Below are positions 13,533-24,800 of a DNA stretch of 64,000 nt, one piece after another. How positions within the stretch are numbered: the stretch's first letter is position 1; every line of letters begins with the position of its first letter. Source of the stretch: Podarcis gaigeae. Lineage: Eukaryota. The notes beneath the pieces are model-generated. The model searched no databases. It worked only from the letters and a program-made list of their open reading frames with translations, and was not told where the DNA came from. The stretch lies in the NCBI GenBank assembly GCA_964106915.2, contig OZ066915.1; one strand, 5' to 3'. The translations under genes and the position numbers were made by a program.

Positions 13533-14659
13533 AGGAAAGGGGCAAACCCTGTTGATTTTCCTAGATCTCTCAATGACTCCTGAATCCTGATACCCTTGAA
13601 CATGACATCTTCTGGGAGAGGTGGCGGAATGCTCACTCAGTGCCTGGATGCCAAGATGGAGATACTTTTGAAGGGTTTATCTGCCCAGGTAAGTGGCATT
13701 CAGCTTGTTCCAGAGCGGTTGCATTCACCCTAAAGGATCAGGGTAACCATCTGTTCAATTTTTTTGCTGGAGGTTCAGCAACGTAGGCTGGTATGCCAAG
13801 TGCAGCCTTGCCTCAGTTAGCCATACATTTGTGTGATTATATGGGCCTGCCTTTGAAATAATTCAGAATATGAGTGCAAGATTGCTAAAGGGGACTGGGT
13901 GATTTGAGCACTTCAGTATTTCAGTATTTCATTGTCTTCACAAGCAGGACCTGAGTGGAACTCTCCCCACCTGTGATTTTCTGCAGCTGGTATTCTGAGG
14001 CATGCATAATGCCTCTGACATTAGATTCAAAGCACCATTTATAAAGTGTGTGCTCTGCCACTGAGTTTATAGCTCTTCTTGCTATGTGTTCCGGAGTATT
14101 CAACTTTCTGAGCATAAATATTTTCCATGCCACAAGACACAAATTGTCCTAACAAATTAGTCTCAGGGAGAGGATTACCAAATTGTATAACCATTTCCCC
14201 ACCACCTCACCAGATTCAATGGTGCTTGAAAACTCCTCTAACCTTTTCAGATTCCAAGCTTAACATGCAAACACTCCAGATCTTCACAAAAGTCAGCTTA
14301 AGGAAACCATTTATTATTTATGAACCTTCAGGTCATGCATGAACTTTCTTGATGTCCAATGGATCTTTTTGGAGATTTCTTGGTTGTTGTCATATTAAAA
14401 TTTATTTGGTTTTTCTTAGCGTGTGAGGGAGAGTGCAGATTCAGACATAATTAGGAAAATCTTCTTTAAAAGTCTGTCGCCTCCTCTTCCAGCAGACTGT
14501 TGACATTTTCCCTAATGTCATTCACAATGGTGATATTTACATTGTATGTCTTAGGGATGCATTTGGTTATTCCTTCTCAGTCCATGTTTTGAGGTTAGAA
14601 ACTATACTAAATGCAGTCTGTAACCAAATGCAGAACATCGCAAATAGAACATTCAGGCC

Positions 14660-15796
14660 TGGGTGACTGTACAAGAAAACTGAGAGAAGATTTGGGGTAT
14701 AATATACAGTTTGCAGCATGGGAAAAACTATGGAGAGAGGATCTGAAATTTACAGTGTGTTATACATTGAAAGAAAATTATATGGAAATGATGTACTGCT
14801 GGTATGTAACCCCCAGTAAATTAGCAGAAATGTACAGGACAAGCTCCAATGTTCGTTGGAAATGTAAGGAGAAGGAGAGCACCTTTTCCCATAAGTATTG
14901 GAATTGTAAAGTGATCAAGGAATTCTGGGAAATGATATACAATGAGTTGAAGAAAATGTTTAAAATAATCTTTGTTAAAAAAAACCAGAAACCTTTTTTT
15001 TTGTTATGCATTGTAGGTGCAGAGATACCGAAGGAACTGAAAAGTCTGTTTATGTACACTACAGCAGCTGCAAGGATGCTGCTTGCTCAGAGTTGAAAGA
15101 TGATTAGATATCTACGAGGACAGACTGGCAGATGAAATTATTGGACTATGCAGAGATGTCAAGATTAACCGGGAAAATCAGAAGGATCAAAACTTCAACA
15201 GAGAATGGGACAAATATAGATAGTATCTGAAAGACCACTGTAAACATTTGAACTTTTTGACAGGCTTTAAATAATTTACAATGATACATCGACTTTGGAT
15301 ATAATGGACAGGGCTGCCTTTACCTGGGGTGCAAGGGGTGCGGGGCACCCGGGCGCCGAATTCTGGGGGGGCACCAGGCTCCCGCCACTGAACCCGCTTA
15401 AGCTCTTAACTATCTATCTGTTATGAAATAATAATTTTGATCAAGCTAGAAAAACAAAATACATATATACCTAGGTATTACCGAAATGTATACCTACTGT
15501 TTCACTAAAAGGCTTTCGACTTTTTGCACTCATTTACCAAAGATGTGCCATGCCAGTGGCAGTGCTTGTCATTCACAAGGCAAACTAAATTTGGGGGAGC
15601 GGGGCGGATCTTTGCACATATGCTAAAGACAACACTGATAATGTAGGACTGTAAACTAGATGTACATATAATATGCAGTTGGAAAACTTACTTAATGAAC
15701 CCATGGAGGGGAGGAGGGAAGTCTTAGGGTTCGAAAGAATCTTGTATATAATTCAAATATTTGGAAGAATATTATTTCTGTGAATGAACTTGTAAA

Positions 15797-15800
<4 letters not shown>
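14660..15800 (+). mobile_element. L1-clade LINE 3' portion, interrupted by a hAT element
   Basis: ORF 14611-15096 carries the L1 ORF2 C-terminal cysteine-rich region (WKCKEKESTFSHKYWNC..IKEFW), followed by a frameshifted tail homologous to 13122-13300. Confidence 0.88.
15309..15637. mobile_element. hAT non-autonomous element nested in the L1 3' UTR
   Basis: TIR CAGGGCTGCCTTTA / TAAAGACAACACTG; 8-bp TSD ATAATGGA / ATAATGTA. Confidence 0.78.
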
Positions 15801-15842
<42 letters not shown>

Positions 15843-15845
<3 letters not shown>

Positions 15846-15965
15846 TTTCGTAGATTTTCACGGGTACAGGAATGCAGGTTTTGGTGTCCTCGGGTGTCTT
15901 CCCGTGTAAACGTCGCCTAGACACCCCAACTTTTACACGGGAAGACACCCGAGGACACCAAAACC

Positions 15966-15970
<5 letters not shown>
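15843..15970. mobile_element. Penelope-like element end as an inverted duplication inside a (TA)n array
   Basis: Perfect 39-bp inverted repeat (15872-15910 / 15932-15970) flanked by (TA)n. The sequence resembles squamate Penelope-like pseudo-LTR ends (family assigned from recall). Confidence 0.6.
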
Positions 15971-16012
<42 letters not shown>

Positions 16013-16015
16013 GTA

Positions 16016-16254
16016 TCCTGTCAACCTAGCAGTTCGAAAGCATATCAAAGTGCAAGTAGATAAATAGGTACCGCTCCGGTGGGAAGGTAAACAGCGTTTC
16101 CATGCGCTGCTCTGGTTCTCCAGAAGCGGCTTAGTCATGCTGTCCACATGACCCGGAAGCTGTACGCCGGCTCCCTCAGCCAATAAAGTGAGATGAGCAC
16201 CACAACCCCAGAGTCAGTCATGACTGACCTAATGGTCAGGGGTCCCTTTACCTT
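16016..16254 (+). mobile_element. Sauria SINE, 5'-truncated
   Basis: CAACCTAGCAGTTCGAAAGC...GGTCAGGGGTCCCTTTACCTT. Confidence 0.9.
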
Positions 16255-17713
16255 ATATATATATATTTGAGAGAAGAAATCCAGTACTGAAACATCCATT
16301 GAGGAATCATTCAGGGGCAAGTTAAGGGTCAGCCAATTGGTATTTCCCCCCAATAACACTATAATTTAACATGGAATTTCATCCTGCCTTCTAATAACAA
16401 TATTCAACAGCTTCATGTGCAGCTGGTTTTGAGCACTTCAACACTTGGAGCTACTTTAAAGCTTCTAAAGTTCAGGTAAATGGATCTTCTAAGTAGGAGT
16501 CTAAAAACACCTGGACTTTTTTCTTCTGCTCAGGCAAATCGACAGTGACATTGGAATAGGCGATTGCGGCACAGGGGGAGGGGACTTTGGTAGTGATAAT
16601 AATCAACTTGGTGGCATGACTGTGGAGAGCTGGAATGGCCCTTGAGAGGAATCAGAATACTTTTTTTCTGAGTTAAGATGCTAAACAAACCAACAAATCC
16701 ATTACTTTGAAATAATATCATATTGCTCAGCATTATAGAAGCAAGGCAACTTCGTTTTACTGTCTGTTTTTATCATCCGTTGTGCCATTGTTAAAAAGCA
16801 ATAGTTTTATAAGCTGTAGGAGCCAATCTGCTGTTGTCTGTCTGTATATTCCTGAAAACTTTACATGGTCTGACAGAGAAAATTCACTGTTAGCAGAGGA
16901 AACAAGCTGAAAGTATGTCCAGTTCTTATAAAACACTGACAACCTCACAATGCACCAAGCAATAAAAAGAATAGATTTCCTATCCTCTGCTTAAAGTGGT
17001 AGAATAAAAGGGAGCTGGAATAAAAGGGGAAACTTTTTTAAGGGCCATGGATGCATCAGAGTTAAACTGGGTCACTCTGCAATGCAACGTAGATTTTTAC
17101 CGCATATAAATTTAGCAGCTTTCTTTGGCATTAGGTGTGCGCCAGCAGCATTTTTCTGTTATCTCAAGTTCAGAGCAGATCCATTGAGGTACTATGAAAT
17201 TTCAGCCAGGTATCGTAAATTGTAGTAGTTAGAAGAGGAACTGTTGTCAATTATAAAAGACAGGTTGGTTGATGTTGCACCTAGAGTAATACCTGGGAAA
17301 TGTTAACTGAATCTGAAATTGGAGAGATGCAAGTAGTTTTCCTGCTTGTTTTTCAAATGCATGACTGAGCACTCTCTCCTTAGATGCATGTTAAAAAAAA
17401 AAAAAAAAAGCTTGCGAAGGCAAGGGATTCAAGCATCTTTTTCTGGAAGGCTAATGAATATTAAGTTCTCTTTTAGGAGCTTCACAGATATGTATTTCCA
17501 CAGGAAAATCAGGGATTTGTTTGCAGTTTAGGAGCAAACTTTCACAAGAGATGTGTCTCTGCCTCTGAAAACAGGAGCCTCAGTCACATTTCTGCCTTCT
17601 CTCTTCCCTGCTAACAATACCTCACCATACTGTGTGCTTTGCTACCCTGCTTCACTTCCTTGGTTGCTGCTTGGGGAGAGGGGCTGTCCCACATATGTTT
17701 TTGACTAGTTATT

Positions 17714-18051
17714 TGAAATATACTCGGAGTCGAGAGTGGATTTCATGCTTTTTATTCAGCTCATAGTGGTGAGGAGGAATGGAAGTTTCCCCAAAATGTC
17801 TGCTTTATATACATTATTTACACAATGGGCCCCACGTGATTGGTTAATTCCAGGATTCTCCTGTAGGCCAATCAGGTTGCAGATTCACTTCCACCTGGAG
17901 CTGGATTGGGTGGCTCCTGTGGACCAATCAGGCTGCTGCATTCAGAATCCTGTTGTTCTAGGACCAATCAGACTGCTGCATTTTGGATCCTATTGTTCTA
18001 GGACCAATCAGACTGCTGCATTTTGGATTCTATTCAACTCTGTACATAACA
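17714..18051 (-). mobile_element. Solo LTR (338 bp) of an LTR retrotransposon
   Basis: TG...CA termini; 5-bp TSD TTATT (17709-17713 / 18052-18056); minus-strand TATATAAA (~17805) then AATAAA (~17752); ~40-bp tandem units with CCAAT boxes. Confidence 0.85.
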
Positions 18052-18180
18052 TTATTGCAGAGGGGAGGAGGAGTTGATTTGGGGTTGCTGCTGTCAAATT
18101 CATGCCATACATTTAAAGCACATGGCTTCCCCCCCAGAGAATCCTGGGAACTGTATCTCCCACCTCACCTCAATTGCTAG

Positions 18181-18332
18181 CATAGGTGCCAACTCCTTGG
18201 GGCCCTGGAGCGCCCACAAAATTCCCCATGAAGAGGCCAGGCACCCACAAATTTTGGTGCCAGGGTCATGCACACTGCATGGGTACCCATGGCCCTGGGC
18301 ACCCAAGTCATGGGGCCAAGTTGATACTCCTG
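18181..18332. mobile_element. hAT MITE nested in an older palindromic DNA element (~18100-18750)
   Basis: TIR CATAGGTGCCAACT / AGTTGATACTCCTG; 8-bp TSD ATTGCTAG / ATTCCTAG. Confidence 0.72.
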
Positions 18333-18390
18333 ATTCCTAGCATAGTTCCCAGGATTCATGTGGTGAAGTCACATGCTTTTAATGTGCATT

Positions 18391-18723
18391 AGGTAAAGGT
18401 AAAGGGACCCCTCACCATTAGACTCTGGGGTTGCAGCACTCATCTCGCTTTATTGGCCGAGGGAGCCGGAGTACAGCTTCCGGGTCGTGTGGCCAGCATG
18501 ACTAAGCCGCTTCTGGCGAACCAGAGCAGCACACGAAAACGCCATTTACCTTCCCGCAGGAGCGGTACCTATTTATCTATTTGCACTTTGATGTGCTTTC
18601 GAATTGCTAGGTTGGCAGGAGCAGGGACCGAGCAACAGGAGCTCACCCCGTCGCGGGGATTCGAACCGCCGACCTTCTGATCGGCAAGTCCTAGGCTCTG
18701 TGGTTTAACCCACAGTGCCACCC
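18391..18723 (-). mobile_element. Sauria SINE
   Basis: Reverse tail AGGTAAAGGTAAAGGGACCCC through the reverse head GGTTTAACCCACAGTGCCACC. Confidence 0.92.
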
Positions 18724-19032
18724 TTAGATACGCTTTTAATATATGGTGTGGCTCTGTATGCTGGCGGCTGCCTGTCTCACCTAGCATTTAGTGCCGGTCT
18801 GATGAGCGCTCCAGGAATTGCACTTGGAGAGATCTGATTTGACAACTAAATTCAGAGCGCTTACCTCAACTGTAAGTCATCAGCTGGTGACTAAATACAC
18901 AAACACATGTTTTGACACAACCATACTACAGCTATTTTGCAGCCTCTGCTTTTAAGTGTGTGCTCCTTTTCATATTGTTTCCTCATTCCCCTTCAGACCC
19001 CATTTGATACCAAAACGGGAATGTGGTGAATG

Positions 19033-19251
19033 TGCCAGTGTGGTGTACTGGTTTAGGTGTTGGACTAGGACCTGGGAGACCAGGGTTCAAATCCCTACTC
19101 AGGCATGGAGCTCACTGTGCGATCTTGGGCCAGTTCCCTTCTCTCTCATAGCCTAGCCTACCACACAAGCCTGTGGTGATGATAAAGTGAGAGCGAGAAC
19201 CATAGATATCATCTTGAGTTCCTTAGAAGGGAGGTGGGATATAAATGCTAT

Positions 19252-19295
<44 letters not shown>
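19033..19295 (+). mobile_element. tRNA-derived MIR/CORE-like SINE with (AAT)n tail
   Basis: A-box-like TGGTGTACTGG, B-box GGTTCAAATCC, CORE-like body, (AAT)14 tail. Confidence 0.78.
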
Positions 19296-19296
<1 letters not shown>

Positions 19297-20009
19297 TTTA
19301 AACCCAAATGAATATTAACTCACCAAAAATTTGGAAAAAATACAGCAATCCTGTTCCAAAGGAGATCTTAACATGAATTTTCATGTGCAAGCTCACTGCT
19401 GAATTTTCTTTCTCAGAGGCAAGGTTCAGGTTGGTTTCTATGCTATTTAAAACTCCACAATTTTCCTCTTTGACTGAAACTGTGTTTCTTCAGAGCTTCC
19501 CATTCAGAATTGCTTCAGAGTCAAGTAGAAGCTCTTTATCTCATGATCTCTTGTTTGCAATTCAGCAGGATGCCGGCTTAATTACAGAATGTGATGGTGG
19601 CTGAGTTTACAGCCCACCAGATGGTTATGTCAGTTGTTAAAAGCGCAAGATCCCCACCCATCCATTGGAATGTTGTCACAGCTCTCCTACGCTGGATTGG
19701 CATTAGTTAAGATGGCTGCTTTGTTTAGCAGTGAATGAAGTTAAAGAAAGATGGTGAGGTTTGCTGCACTTTTGTAGATGCCAAAAGTGTAACAATATGG
19801 GGGACGCCATAGGTTGTGTGGTTTCAGCTCCCTTAGGAAAGCTGGAATTTAGATGAAGCTACTTGGAAATAATTGCAACACTGAGGCAAGGTGTAAAATA
19901 AAGGTTAAAGGAATAGCCTGTATTGCCAATACAATTTGCAAAAAGGTGGCTTCTTGTAAAGGACAAGGCAATTTATACCTGGTGCTGGACTTGCCGCACT
20001 AGACATCCT

Positions 20010-20142
20010 ATTCCCTTTTAAAATGTGTTGTTTTTATTTTGATTATGTATTTTGTGGTTTTATATTCTGATTTTATTCTGTGAACCACCTTGAGACCTGT
20101 GGGTGTAGGGTGGTATATAAATTCAATAAATAAATAAAATAA
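20010..20142 (+). mobile_element. L2-clade LINE 3' tail
   Basis: TGTGAACCACCTTGAGACC...GGGTGGTATATAAATTCAATAAATAAATAA. Confidence 0.6.
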
Positions 20143-21644
20143 TAGAAAAGTGAAAATTAAATCACGTGCACAAGTGGAAGCATGAAATCTGAAAACATAG
20201 CACTGTAGGAAGTCCTGCATGACCATTTGCGGGAAGACCATTTGCCTTCCACTCATGGTTTTTTGTTAACTCCCTGCTTTTTCTGCATTGTTTCTCTTCT
20301 CCTGCTTCCTAGATTTGATGCTGGCTTTTTCTTTGTTAGCATGAAAGTCAAAACCTGCTCAGATATTGCATGATGGGCTATAATTTAATATGGTATTTAA
20401 CCTTTTAAATGTGCTTATCCTTTTCTCTTTTTTTTGTCTACCGCTAAGTCATTTCACAGTTGAGTTGCAGTAGTCAGCAAATGAACCCATTCACAATATC
20501 CACATGGATATCACTGAAATAAAACCAGCTATGAATATCAACCAGCTACTTCTTCTTCTGCCTTCATAAAACCTTCTATATTGGGGTGATGTACAGGGAT
20601 GCAAGATTTAGGCTGGGTTCTCTGCACGGCGTTGTGACTCTTGTCTATTTCTCGACTACTCCCCATGCTTGTTGAGACAGTAAGCTCTTCTGTGCAATGC
20701 CTTTTTTATTATAAGTGCTCTCATATTTGCATAGATGGCATTATGTCAACATTATACACAAAAGTGTATATAAAAACCCACCTCTGGGATCCCCACTCTT
20801 GTATGCTAACAGTGCAATCCTACATATTTCTGTTCAGAAGTAAATCTTGCTGAGTGCAATAGGACTTAACTTTTAAGTGGGTATAGCTTTGCAGCCTTGG
20901 AAAACTAAAACCAAAGCAGGGCTGTGCATTAGTAGGTGGTTTAGTGTCCAGGGACTCTCACTGAATTCTATGCAGCAAAACAAATAGGCTGCAAATGGCA
21001 ACAATATTGGGAGTTCATTGGGTTCATTGGGTACAGATTTAGCTCACATTCCAATAAAATTATTGGGAACACATCCTTTAATTTTTTTAATCCTTTAATT
21101 TTGCTTCCAGGGCATTTTGAGATGTATTTCCAACAAACATGGAAGGTGCTGCGCCAAACAGCTAGAAACTATTTTTAAAAAAGAAAAGAAAATTAATGCA
21201 GCCCTTGGATCACCTTGCAAAACTGTAGGTAATTGACCAGTGTTCTGGAGGTACATGCATTAGACTTATTGCAGAAGTCTAATGCATGTACCTCCATCCT
21301 CATCCATGCACTGGTGTGGACGGTGCAAACCAGGGATACTGGCTCCAAATTGTGGCACAGCCATAATTCTCTCTCACTGTTCATTTTTGCATGGAGATGG
21401 AGAAATGAACTTGCTTGGAAAAAATATGGGTTTGTTTCCACTGATAATAGTATAAGGTCAGTGGCAGAGAAAGAGAAAGAGAAAGAGAGAGACAGATTAA
21501 GAGTGAATCAAATAATGAAATCCAAGCTTCAATTCTGCTCCAATTTAAGCTGTAAAAAAATTCACCAGTTGGAGACTATCCTCAAGGTTGTATATATAGG
21601 AAATCCAGCAAGAGAAATGTATGCAATTTGGCCTTTTACATATA

Positions 21645-21782
21645 GTGATATTGAAGAAGTGTGCATGTACATGAAAGCTTACACCCAGAAAAAACTTGGT
21701 CTCTAATTTTGGGGACAATTTTAATTAATTAATTAATTTATTTATTTCAACCGCGTCAGACCAACACAGCTACCTACCTGTA
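21645..21782 (+). mobile_element. Penelope-like element terminal fragment with a degenerate minimal hammerhead motif
   Basis: TTGAAGA-AGTGTGCATGTACAT-GAAA-GCTTA followed by TTGGTCTCTAA...CAGACCAACACAGCTACCTACCTG. Confidence 0.6.
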
Positions 21783-21834
21783 CCTTGGAAATATTTTATA
21801 CTGAAAGGCGAGGTATGAGTCAATAATAAAAGCA

Positions 21835-24800
21835 AATATTCTTTTACATTTTCTTTATTTATATTTTTTTTAGTTTAAGAATTACACACTAGCCAACATT
21901 ATTATATATTTACATGCTGAAACTGGCTGTAGTAAGTTTAGATTCAAGAAAATATCTCTTATGTGCTACTCAATTTACAATCATCATTTGACTACCTCCA
22001 TGATCCCAGAGGTTAGCAGTCCTTTTGAGAAAAACATGAAAATCTGATGCAATGATATCCACTAGTATTTTGCATTTTCTAGCCATTGGAAAATGTGCAT
22101 TATGTGCATATTAGAAAGGCTACAAGGTCATTAGTAAGGCTGATGATTACTACATTATGAAGTAAATAGTACTAAGTAAAAAAAGAGAGAGAGAGAGAGA
22201 GAGAAAACGGTGCAAAGACAGTACTAACAGAACCATTTAAACACCCATGCAAATTAAAATGTGAAAACTCAAAACATAGTCAACTTGATAGAATTTTTGG
22301 ATGTTTTAAATGCCCGTGTTAACTAACTCAAACTGTACAATGAACCTTAAATATATTTTCAGGTGAAATTTTCTATAAATGGCATTAACAATGAAAACAT
22401 ATAAAATGCTGATAAACTTGAATTAGATAACTTTGAGAGATGTGTGAAGCATTAAGAAAATAATTTAAACTAACTCTCCAACTAATATCGAACTGCAGCT
22501 AAGGTTGCCACCATTTCAAAATAATAGTAATAACAAATTCATCATCAGAGCACTTACAGAAATAATTTGACACATAAGGTATGTGTTGTATATAACCTGC
22601 AAAGATAATGAATTCCAATGTATCAATTAATTAAAATGGATAGAGATGCTATCTGTATAAGCTAAAATATGGTAGTGATTAATTAACATTCCATTTATTC
22701 CTCAAAAATTCAGACAAATGTTTCCTAGTGCATTTTGTTAAACTTTACCTTTGGTGTTAAGCAGTGTCTTGATAGTGTTCCCTTTAAATAAATTTCTAAA
22801 GTAAAGATTCTTTGGCATGGGGGGGTTGGAGTAGGGCTAGGTTGGTAAGGAAGAGACTACTATACACTGACAAATATGCCTTTCTGAAGACATTTACCTT
22901 CATGAAACAATGTCTAGAGGCCTGACCTTCATTTATACTCAAGGGGAATGACGCAAAGAGCATGTGGGGTTCTGATATGCACATGGAACTCTAAATGTGC
23001 ACAACCCTGCTTTGGTGTTTGGTACGGAGGCACCAGGCCCATGGTAAACACATTGGTAAAGGACGATCACACAGGCACAGTTCTTCTGTTCTAAGTCCAC
23101 CTACTATAGCATGCACTGTCCATCTGCATTGCCCATTGTGCAGACCGCTCGCCTTTTAATTCTTCCATAACTGGAAACATGAGCTTTGCTCCTCTGTCAT
23201 GATGGCAAAAAGCCACTATGTTCTAAAAGGTAGAGAATTTTTAAAGGAGCCCATCATAACACACAGGTCAGGTCTCCTCTCTCTACCCATAGGTATGCTC
23301 ATTCAACTACATGATTTCATGTTGCCTGGGGTCTACTTTATAGCATGCTGATTAGCCCAAGGGTTAACTCAGAACTGCCCATTAAAATGGAGTTGCACCA
23401 GCCCTATTCTCTCAAAATCATAGCTTTAGTGCAAGTGAACATCAAAGCACGCCTTTCTGTTGCCGTGTCTACAAAATTCTGCTATGGATCTCCAATCTTA
23501 GAAGGAGCACTGAGCCAGCAGTTACTGCCCAGTCTCTTTAGTGTTGAAAAAGCTGAAATATCAATCACTCAATATGTGCAGGTATTTACGAGATGCTAAT
23601 GCAAATAGGGCATGCGCACATGTACATCAGAGCCACTGGATGGGGTTGCTAACTGAAAACTCTCAGTCGCTTGATTTCTCTCTGCATTATGTCAATGATC
23701 CAGCTAATGGTCTGTGCATTGAGTGTTATAAAGTTGCACTTCCCACAGATTTGTGTGTTAAAATTCTTTTCTGGAATCCAAGTCTTATGCAAAAGGGTGT
23801 TTAAATTATTCTGCTAGAGAACTGCAAATATTGTACTTGGTTTTTTTAAAAAAAATCACTGAACAATTACTGTTTCTATTGACTGCTCATTTACAGCTTA
23901 TTTAAATATTTACATGATTTTAGGACACTAACCTAAACCATAAATAGAATCAGCTTTTTGCCTTACATTAAGTACAAATTAGAAGTTAAAAATGTTAAGA
24001 AATCTGATAATATTTACACATGTTCGGTTTTAATTATGATTGCTCACTTTGTATGTTCTATGTACAGATAGCAAAATGTTATGACCACTACTTTAAAAGT
24101 ATTGTACCCTGGCCTTCCTTTTCGCTTTTTTCCATATAAATATTTCATATTTTTCCCGCTCCTTCTAGGTATTAGGACTTTTTTTTTAAAGTTACTAGTG
24201 GACAATGTTTTTATTTTAAAAAAGGAGAAGAAACAGGCAAGCAATGTGAGAGCTAGTCTACTTTGAGATGCTAGGAGGTACAGTACTATCATAATGTCAA
24301 ACTGTGAAATGCTTCGTAAGAATTATATGCATTGATCTGCTGATATAGAAATGCCCAGTTACCCTGTATAGTAAGATTTTAATTACATTAATAATTTGCT
24401 TTCTCAAGAAAATATTCACATATCATTTGAATATAGAAAGAAAACGGTTATTAGCTTATTCCTTTAAAACACCTATGTAAGAGTCTAGCCCAAATCCAGA
24501 CAACCACAAGAGCTACAGGAGGGAGGATGCCTGCCTGCATATCAAAAAAGAAAGAAAGGAAAGGAAAGGAAAGATAGGGCTCAGCAGCACCGTCTTAGTC
24601 TCAGCCGGGATCATCCACCAGGAAGGCAGTGCTTGCTTTTGACTCTGTGAGCCCTCTTCTCCATTCCCATAACTGACTGGCAGTAGAAGCATCTCACCCC
24701 CTTCAGTACAGATCATCTCTTAAGTGGGGGGCAGGAGCATCAAGACAGAGTCCATGTGACCTTTTGCTTACTCCTCATTCCTGTTTCCTTCTCACTGTGT

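Noticed and set aside
21233-21706. 157-aa plus-strand ORF
   Set aside because: No recognisable domain. It spans a palindrome, a GA-rich tract and a Penelope-like fragment, so it is a chance ORF.
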